Shown in pieces: positions 26,111 to 32,000 of a stretch of 32,000 nucleotides of DNA. The notes under the pieces were generated by a model. It did no database searches. It was not told where the DNA came from and saw only the letters and a program-made list of their open reading frames with translations. The DNA is from Acaryochloris marina S15 (GTDB lineage Bacteria; Cyanobacteriota; Cyanobacteriia; Thermosynechococcales; Thermosynechococcaceae), in NCBI RefSeq assembly GCF_018336915.1, contig NZ_CP064923.1, positions 2,970,001 to 3,002,000 of the forward strand. The letters run 5' to 3'. Numbering within the stretch: position 1 is the first letter of the stretch; every line of letters begins with the position of its first letter. A program made the position numbers and the translations under genes.

Positions 26111-27907
26111 TTAGAACTTGAATGTGGTTCGAATAACTGGAATAAAGATGGGGTCATTCGAAGAGGTGTTGTTTGCATTGAAAACGACAATCAATCCAGG
26201 AGAGATCTTGATGTTGTCATTAACCTTGAACTGGTACTGTGCCTCAGCAGTGAAGTTGGAAGAAGTTCCATCATCAATCCCCAATGTACCTCCATCAATA
26301 ATGTAAGGCTGCTGACCAAACGAGAGTGATCCTCTGCTACCTTCTAGGAGCAAGTCAGGGAAGACGAGGTTAGCGGCCCAGTTGAGCAACGTAATTCGAG
26401 AATTTGCAATGTCAGGAGTACGGGCTAAAGTGAGACCACCCCAACCGGCTACATGGAACCCATCTACGACTCTGGCATTAAATGAAAGGCCAAAGTTATC
26501 AGTAATAGTTTCCAGTCCATTAAAAGGATCCGAAGTATCACCAAAACCTCCATTTATAGGTGCCAGTGATGTAGTCGGTGCATCTCCAGTATCGGAGGTG
26601 ATGTCAACATTACCCGCTGTGTACTCGTTACGAGAATATTGGACACCAATACCAATATCATCGGTTGGATTAAAGCCAATCTGGGCAAATACCCCATAGG
26701 TGCCATTTTCAAAATCAAATAAACCATTGTTAGCACCATTACCAGCTGTAGTGGCAAACTGGGCATCATCAGCTGCATAGACAACAGAGAGATTGACCTT
26801 TTCGCTGACATCATAGACGGCACTTAGGGTCGTTCCTCCTGGCCCCCGCTGTGTTAATGGATTAAAGCGGAAGAAGCGAGATAATGCACCACTACCACTA
26901 CTCTTCAAGAAGGGGTTAAAGGTTTCGACGTCGTCCTTGTAGTCACCACCCAAAATTGCAACTTTAAGCGTTAAATCTTCGACTGGCTTAAATCGATAGT
27001 TCAGCTCGTCTAGGATGACCGTATTTCCAGCAGGATCATTCTCATCAAAACCGAATCTGGCCAAGCTTGTACCTGCAGAACCAAATTCATCCAACTCAGG
27101 AATATCAGCTGCTTCTAGACGAACACGAAGCCGATCTGTACCACTGAAACTGGTATCAAAGTTCAGTCGAGTTCGATGACCGAAGAAGAAACGGTCTGCA
27201 ACATCCACACCACCACTTTGGGTGTTACCTAAATCAGTATCAACACCATTGATGCTGTCTAATGGATCATTATTTCCATCAAATACGAAGGCAGAACCAA
27301 ATACGACTTCACCCTTCAGTTTGGTAGTGGTGGAAAACTGCTGGGATTCGACGGTGGCCACACGAGCTTCTAAACCATCCACTCGTCCACGTAGGGTCGC
27401 AAGTTCAGCAGCAAACTCATCTTGCAATGCTTTGAGAGCGTCTAGATCCTCTTTAGTAGCAAATCTATTGCTGAGGTTATCTAAACAGGCATTGACTAGA
27501 GCAGCCGCTTCTCGGCGGGACATGGCTCGACTTGGGCGGAAGGTTCCATTGGGATAACCGGCGACGCAACCATACCGCTCAACTAAGGATTGAATGGCTT
27601 GGAAAGCCCAATCATCAGGCTGGACATCAGACAATTGAGAAACAGAAGTGACCTGAGCTAGGTCGTCGTCTTGAGTCTCGTTCATCAGCTCTGAAACTGA
27701 TGTTGTAGGCACATCAGCATCAGCTAATACTAGGGGCTCAGTCTCTTCTAGAGCATCAGTCTCAATTGTCTCAACTGCAGAAATTTCAGGAACGACTTCT
27801 TCCGTGAGTTCTAAAGACTCGGTTGCAATCGCAGTAGTGGGAACTAACAAAGCTAATCCAACTAAAGCAGGGTTAAAAAACCCGAGTTTACGCCAAATAG
27901 TCGACAT
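26111..27907 (-). CDS. Cyanobacterial outer-membrane porin: signal peptide, SLH domain, coiled coil, OprB-type beta-barrel
   Basis: Signal peptide MSTIWRKLGFFNPALVGLALLVPTTAIA. SLH motif DVQPDDWAFQAIQSLVERYGCVAGYPNGTFRP. Coiled coil LQDEFAAELATLRGRVDGLEARVA. Barrel ends in VIRTTFKF. ATG 27907 has GAGGAG 9 nt upstream and is preferred over the track start at 28006. Confidence 0.9.
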   Translation of the reverse strand: MSTIWRKLGFFNPALVGLALLVPTTAIATESLELTEEVVPEISAVETIETDALEETEPLVLADADVPTTSVSELMNETQDDDLAQVTSVSQLSDVQPDDWAFQAIQSLVERYGCVAGYPNGTFRPSRAMSRREAAALVNACLDNLSNRFATKEDLDALKALQDEFAAELATLRGRVDGLEARVATVESQQFSTTTKLKGEVVFGSAFVFDGNNDPLDSINGVDTDLGNTQSGGVDVADRFFFGHRTRLNFDTSFSGTDRLRVRLEAADIPELDEFGSAGTSLARFGFDENDPAGNTVILDELNYRFKPVEDLTLKVAILGGDYKDDVETFNPFLKSSGSGALSRFFRFNPLTQRGPGGTTLSAVYDVSEKVNLSVVYAADDAQFATTAGNGANNGLFDFENGTYGVFAQIGFNPTDDIGIGVQYSRNEYTAGNVDITSDTGDAPTTSLAPINGGFGDTSDPFNGLETITDNFGLSFNARVVDGFHVAGWGGLTLARTPDIANSRITLLNWAANLVFPDLLLEGSRGSLSFGQQPYIIDGGTLGIDDGTSSNFTAEAQYQFKVNDNIKISPGLIVVFNANNTSSNDPIFIPVIRTTFKF

Positions 27908-28046
27908 AAAAGAATTCTCCTCACACATAATATTAAGAACCAACAAAATCGCTAATTCTGAGGCAATCTTGGTTACACCTCTAATGATTGCAACCAGGAC
28001 AACCACCCCATATGATACGTATCTTTTCGAAATCTTGGGAGATTTT

Positions 28047-28074
28047 ATTTTAGATAATTATTATCAATAAACAA
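28047..28074 (-). promoter_or_regulatory. Candidate porin promoter with a Fur-box-like palindrome filling the spacer
   Basis: On the minus strand: TTGTTT (28074-28069), a 16-nt spacer ATTGATAATAATTATC, then TAAAAT (28052-28047). The 19-mer TTTATTGATAATAATTATC matches the E. coli Fur consensus GATAATGATAATCATTATC at 15 of 19 positions by hand alignment. Confidence 0.3.
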
Positions 28075-28297
28075 CTATTCATCAGATATTCCGATATCAC
28101 ATCCCTGAGGGTGGACCAAGATCTTCTCCAGCAATCAATACCATCCGAAAAAAGCCTGACACAACAAAGGTTAGGTTAAGAAACGTAGATCCAGATTGCA
28201 GAGTCTAAAATATTTCGACTGGCCTTGAGGGTGAAAGAGTTCACCAGCAAACTTGACCACGGGTTGCTGGTGACAGAACTATGGTGTTCAATCTCAA

Positions 28298-28387
28298 CTA
28301 GAACTTAAAGGTAGCCCGCACCAGAAGCACACTCACATCGTTATATCGTTCAGGATTCAAGATCCAGATAACATAATGTGAATATTC
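28298..28387 (-). pseudogene. 3'-terminal remnant of a second OprB-type porin gene
   Basis: The minus-strand frame reads EYSHYVIWILNPERYNDVSVLLVRATFKF*. The intact porin downstream ends ...SPGLIVVFNANNTSSNDPIFIPVIRTTFKF*. An in-frame stop at 28388-28390 cuts the remnant. A possible frameshifted continuation (MDDAHPGTFII, 28416-28451) lies upstream, and a 10-bp-stem hairpin (28241-28273) sits 24 nt downstream of the stop. Confidence 0.5.
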
Positions 28388-28624
28388 TCATCTACTCAAA
28401 ACTTGTAGCCGGACTCTAGATGATAAAAGTGCCAGGATGAGCATCATCCATATGGGCTAACACACCTAGTACATATCATCATGAGCATCTTTTGTTGATC
28501 CTGACTGGAACAGTAAAATCAAATTTTGTGTTCCATTTTCCAGTTCTAGCCCCATCGCCATACTCTACTGAGGGCATCTAATTGCCCTTTTCCTCTAAAA
28601 TTTGTGTAGCTACGGACAAGGCCT

Positions 28625-29290
28625 ATGGCTCACCCTCGACTGCAAGAGCTAACTTCAAAACTCAAGAGTGATGATAACTGCGATCGCCTTTTGGCATTGG
28701 TTGCCTTGCGGAACCTCCCCACGACCGAAGCCTTCCCTCTGATTAAACTAATGCTGTTTGACGACTCCTTACCGGTCCGCTCAATGGCAATTCGCTCTCT
28801 GGCCAGTCATCCCTCAGCTGAATCGGTCTCTTTATTGATACAGCTCTTGGACGATCCGAATTATGAAATTAGAGCTGGAGCAGCCGGAGCTTTGGGATAT
28901 GTGGGTGATCAAAATATTGTCCAAGCTCTTTCCAGAGTCTTCCTTGAAGATACGGAATGGTTAGTGTGCTTTAGTGCCGCTGTTTCCTTAGGAAACCTAA
29001 AGGATCCAAGTGCTTATGCAGTTCTATTACATGCCCTTGAGCATTCGGAAGTGATTGTGCAACAAGCTGCGATCGCAGCCCTCGGAGAAATTAAAGCCTT
29101 CGATGCCCTTGAGCCCCTTCTTCCCTTTGTACAGTCTGAAGACTGGATGGTCCGGCAGTATCTCGCCACCGCCTTGGGAAACCTTCCCAGCCCCCAAAGT
29201 ATCTCGGCTCTTAAATACTTAGCTAAAGACGATCATCCTCATGTTGCTTCTGCGGCCACTATCGCCTTAGAACTGATTCATGAATCATAA
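28625..29290 (+). CDS. HEAT-repeat (PBS-lyase HEAT-like) protein
   Basis: Repeated units of the form D..VR..A..ALG..(G/K)...A...L...L.D....VR, for example DSLPVRSMAIRSLAS, DPNYEIRAGAAGALGYVGD and SEDWMVRQYLATALGNL. Confidence 0.75.
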   Translation: MAHPRLQELTSKLKSDDNCDRLLALVALRNLPTTEAFPLIKLMLFDDSLPVRSMAIRSLASHPSAESVSLLIQLLDDPNYEIRAGAAGALGYVGDQNIVQALSRVFLEDTEWLVCFSAAVSLGNLKDPSAYAVLLHALEHSEVIVQQAAIAALGEIKAFDALEPLLPFVQSEDWMVRQYLATALGNLPSPQSISALKYLAKDDHPHVASAATIALELIHES

Positions 29291-29960
29291 GATTGTGATT
29301 ACCGGGGTCACCCAGGGGCTAGGCGAGGCCTTGGCCTTAGGGTTTATTCAAGCAGGGCAGACCGTATGGGGCTGCGGTCGGACATCAACCGCTATCGATC
29401 ACCTAACTCAGCTATATGCGGCTCCTCACACGTTTACGGTGGTAGATATCGCTCAATCTCAACAAGTCCAGGCTTGGGCAGACCAGATCATTGAGGCCTG
29501 GGAAGCACCAGATATTATCATCAACAATGCAGGGTTAATCAATGAAGTGGCCCCTTTATGGGAAGTACCTGAACAAGAAATTAGCGATGTATTGGATGTC
29601 AATGTCAAAGGCACCATCAACGTCATTCGTAGTTTTCTCCCCAGCATGAAAACAAACGGTCAAGGAATAATCGTGAATTTCAGTTCTGGCTGGGGACGTT
29701 CAACCTCCCCTGGGGTGGCCCCCTATTGCGCTTCTAAATGGGCTATTGAAGGTCTTAACCAGGCTTTAGCCCAAGAGGTTCCCCCCGGTATCGCCACAAT
29801 TGCCTTGAACCCTGGCATCATTCATACTGAAATGCTGGAAACTTGTTTTGGTCAACAAGCTCACAGTTATCCCTCTCCTACTGCATGGGCACAAAAAGCA
29901 GTCCCATTTATCCTTGGACTTTCTGAAAACGACAACGGTCAAGCCTTAACTGTTTATTAG
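29280..29960 (+). CDS. Short-chain dehydrogenase/reductase (SDR)
   Basis: Cofactor motif ITGVTQGLGEALA, plus NNAG and catalytic YCASK. Its ATG overlaps the HEAT gene's end by 11 nt. Confidence 0.85.
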   Translation: MNHKIVITGVTQGLGEALALGFIQAGQTVWGCGRTSTAIDHLTQLYAAPHTFTVVDIAQSQQVQAWADQIIEAWEAPDIIINNAGLINEVAPLWEVPEQEISDVLDVNVKGTINVIRSFLPSMKTNGQGIIVNFSSGWGRSTSPGVAPYCASKWAIEGLNQALAQEVPPGIATIALNPGIIHTEMLETCFGQQAHSYPSPTAWAQKAVPFILGLSENDNGQALTVY

Positions 29961-29983
29961 CAAACCTGATTGCTATCCCCCTC

Positions 29984-30472
29984 GTGACTGAAATCGCTCT
30001 ATTCCTAGAAAACCTAGAAATGACCCAACGATTAGGGAAAGTCTTGGGCCAAATATTACCTGCGGGAAATATCTTATTGCTAGAAGGTGATTTGGGAACT
30101 GGTAAGACATCCCTGATTCAGGGTTTGGGGAAGGGAATCGGTATCTCTGATGCGATCGTCAGTCCTACTTTCACATTAATTAATGAGTACCATGACGGAC
30201 GAGTCCCCCTTTACCATCTAGACCTTTACCGCCTTACCCCGCAACAAGTGGATGAACTCTATCTGGAAACCTACTGGCAAGGGGTTGAAGTACCACCTGG
30301 AATTGTTGCCATTGAATGGTCTGAGCGACTTCTTCATCGACCTTCTAGCTACCTATTTATCAAGTTAAACCACAAAAAAGGGGCAAGACAGGCAACCTTG
30401 CAAACGGTCGGTTCTGTCCACAACTTAGGCCTAGAGCAAGTGCCATTAGCATTGAGATCTACTTCAGCCTAG
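29984..30472 (+). CDS. tsaE: tRNA t6A37 biosynthesis ATPase TsaE (YjeE)
   Basis: GDLGTGKTSLIQGL, VSPTFTLINEY, LYHLDLYRL, IEW. The start is GTG at 29984. Confidence 0.88.
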   Translation: MTEIALFLENLEMTQRLGKVLGQILPAGNILLLEGDLGTGKTSLIQGLGKGIGISDAIVSPTFTLINEYHDGRVPLYHLDLYRLTPQQVDELYLETYWQGVEVPPGIVAIEWSERLLHRPSSYLFIKLNHKKGARQATLQTVGSVHNLGLEQVPLALRSTSA

Positions 30473-30554
30473 TACTCAAAGCTTCATGGGTTGGTTATAT
30501 TGGGCTGAGAGAGAATAGCCCTTGATCAATATTTTTGTGCGGCCACAATACCGT

Positions 30555-31088
30555 ATGCATCAGCCCCATCAACGCCTTAATCCAAAACGCTTCTTCCGGG
30601 GCACAACATCTCATCGCAAGAGAATAACTTGGAAACGGCGAGGGCGTTATATCTATTTGCGGTTTATACGGTTACAGGGAAGCCCAAATGCGATCGCACG
30701 GGGACTCTCCGTTGGTGCTTTTGCTGGCATGTTCCCCATTTTTGGGTTCCAAATCTTATTTGGCATCTTTTTAGCTGCCTGTGTCCGAGGCAATAAGTTA
30801 ACTGCCGCCGCCGCAACTTGGATTAGTAATCCCTTTACCTATCTGCCTCTATTTGCCTTTAATTTTCAGGTAGGGCAATGGCTTCTACAAGCCAAGAGAT
30901 TTGAGTTCAATCAGCTCCAAAAGCTGAACTGGCAAGAACTCCTGGCCTTAGGACCCGGTTTTATCGCAACTTGGTTTACGGGCTGTTTTGTCATGGGATG
31001 TTTAGCCGCAATTCTGGGCTATGGTCTCGGCTTATGGTTAGTTCTACGATTGAGGCACAAATACGCTGCCCAACGTCAAAAGACCTGA
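30555..31088 (+). CDS. DUF2062-family membrane protein
   Basis: SPNAIARGLSVGAFAGMFPIFGFQILFGIFLAACVRGNKLTAAAATWISNPFTYLPLF. ATG 30555 is preferred over TTG 30522. Confidence 0.7.
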   Translation: MHQPHQRLNPKRFFRGTTSHRKRITWKRRGRYIYLRFIRLQGSPNAIARGLSVGAFAGMFPIFGFQILFGIFLAACVRGNKLTAAAATWISNPFTYLPLFAFNFQVGQWLLQAKRFEFNQLQKLNWQELLALGPGFIATWFTGCFVMGCLAAILGYGLGLWLVLRLRHKYAAQRQKT

Positions 31089-31272
31089 TATAAAGCATCT
31101 TCAACAGACCCTGGGAATTTTTGATCAACTCCCATGAACATCTTTAGCTCTACACAAACCACCCAAAATAAGTGAAGAGAAACCGGAGTAATTTCGTTTG
31201 ACTTTCTGAGAGTCTGCTACCAAAAACTTCTCAAGCATAAGATAACCGCCTCTCAGAAGGCACAAGCTCTCA

Positions 31273-31422
31273 TTAACGTCCTACGACGACTAGAAACCCC
31301 AATAACCCCAGCAACGATAGTATCAATACAAAATCAAAAGGATTAAAGTGTCCCAAACCAACGTTTGTAGAAGATAAAAGGACAAGAAAATTCTTTAAAC
31401 CAAAATCAAGACAATATGCCAT
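31273..31422 (-). CDS. Candidate 49-aa hydrophobic small protein (below the ORF-track size cutoff)
   Basis: Hand translation gives MAYCLDFGLKNFLVLLSSTNVGLGHFNPFDFVLILSLLGLLGFLVVVGR*. AGGAG (31434-31430) lies 7 nt upstream of the ATG. The C-terminus is TM-like. Confidence 0.35.
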   Translation of the reverse strand: MAYCLDFGLKNFLVLLSSTNVGLGHFNPFDFVLILSLLGLLGFLVVVGR

Positions 31423-31639
31423 GAATAATCTCCTAGAACGGGTTCAAGTCTTTGGGTGCTAGAGTAGCATTTCTATGGCATCAAAGCTCCCCAAGGTCCT
31501 TGCATAGAAGTATTTCAAGCTTGTTTGCTTAAGAATAGAGGCTTTCCTAATGGGTACAGCACAGATCATCTACCTTCTACCTGGAAAGCCGGGAACTTGA
31601 CTCCACAAATCGACCCAACTCAATCAGTACGCAAGATCC

Positions 31640-31677
31640 AAAAAAGCTCTCCACCCAAGGTGCATCTTAGGTGGAGA
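31640..31677 (-). terminator. Rho-independent terminator of the partial NAD(P)-binding gene
   Basis: Stem TCTCCACC (31648-31655) pairs with GGTGGAGA (31670-31677), with inner AAGG/TCTT pairs. On the minus strand the stem is followed by GC then T6 (plus-strand A-run 31640-31645). It lies 23 nt downstream of the stop. Confidence 0.6.
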
Positions 31678-31699
31678 TACAAGCTAGAGAAATTTCAGC

Positions 31700-32000
31700 C
31701 TATAAACCCGGTGTGGTTTGGGCAAAAAGAGCTGCAAAATCTGAGGTGGGGGGTGCTTCACCTTCCTCTCGGGTGACGACATCAAAGGCTTTATTCTGGG
31801 CGTTGGGCTCTAGCAAAGCCTTAACCACCACTTCAGCTACATCTGCTCGGGGAAGCTTATGGGGCATATTGCAATCTGGGATAAAGAATGAATCGTCTTT
31901 ACCGACAATAATTTCGCGGTGGCTTCCCCGCTCATCAATGAGTCCACCGGCTCGAACAATGGTGTAAGTGATGCCTGAATCAATCAGATATTGTTCAGTC
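31700..32000 (-). CDS. NAD(P)H-binding (NmrA/atypical-SDR-like) protein, C-terminal 99 codons only
   Basis: Missing from the track because the start lies beyond the window. Hand translation gives ..TEQYLIDSGITYTIVRAGGLIDERGSHREIIVGKDDSFF...LPRADVAEVVVKALLEPNAQNKAFDVV...FAALFAQTTPGL*. The stop is TAG at 31700-31702. Confidence 0.7.
   Translation of the reverse strand, partial: TEQYLIDSGITYTIVRAGGLIDERGSHREIIVGKDDSFFIPDCNMPHKLPRADVAEVVVKALLEPNAQNKAFDVVTREEGEAPPTSDFAALFAQTTPGL

Noticed and set aside
27908-28006. 33-codon N-terminal extension of the porin ORF in the track
   Set aside because: The extension precedes the real signal peptide and begins without an SD motif. ATG 27907 has GAGGAG 9 nt upstream and gives a canonical signal peptide.
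31202-31260. Inverted repeat CTTTCTGAGAG / CTCTCAGAAGG downstream of the 49-codon ORF; considered as a terminator
   Set aside because: The loop is 37 nt and no T-run follows on the minus strand. That is too weak to call.
31525-31967. Plus-strand ORFs 31525-31776 and 31671-31967
   Set aside because: The second is the shadow of a clearly homologous minus-strand NAD(P)-binding CDS (31700-32000). The first spans that gene's terminator hairpin and has a nonsense-like composition.
1-32000. Whole-window look for CRISPR arrays, rRNA, IS transposases, integrases, restriction-modification or other known defence genes
   Set aside because: None were recognised. Apart from the 101-bp element, the only repeat-rich stretches are protein-coding WD40, pentapeptide, TPR and HEAT repeats.

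Overview
Gene-dense chromosomal window from a cyanobacterium. By eye I found 13 copies of the HIP1 palindrome GCGATCGC, where about 0.5 would be expected by chance in 32 kb. I support about 29 protein-coding genes, two of them cut by the window edges. There is also one tRNA-Arg(UCU), one gene disrupted by a small inverted-repeat element, one porin-gene remnant and several terminator-like hairpins. I saw no rRNA, CRISPR array, transposase or integrase. ORF-track coordinates include the stop codon and its 'M' can stand for TTG or GTG, so I moved several starts to the first ATG with a Shine-Dalgarno-like motif.

Minus-strand blocks:
- A receiver / Cache-HAMP histidine kinase / REC-PAS-GGDEF-EAL cluster (1-4663).
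- A PIN-PhoH2 ATPase (4878-6203).
- A three-gene block (6503-11651): a membrane-anchored Ras-like GTPase with TPRs, a large protein with an unknown N-domain, caspase, EF-hand, TM helix and 7 WD40 repeats, and a small exported protein.
- An RNA m5C methyltransferase.
- A Rieske/PAO-type oxygenase.
- A GNAT-ruvX-DUF1292/3727-mltG-HAD operon.
- A membrane CofE-like protein.
- An SLH-OprB porin.

Plus-strand genes: fibrillin-like protein, adenosine kinase-like PfkB, a GAF-LuxR regulator, a pentapeptide-repeat/beta-barrel protein, and a HEAT-SDR-tsaE-DUF2062 operon.

The best candidate for an undescribed system is the GTPase / caspase-WD40 pair. Both proteins are predicted to place their enzymatic domains in the cytoplasm and a repeat sensor domain outside the membrane.

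All calls come from hand translation and motif recognition. No database search was possible.
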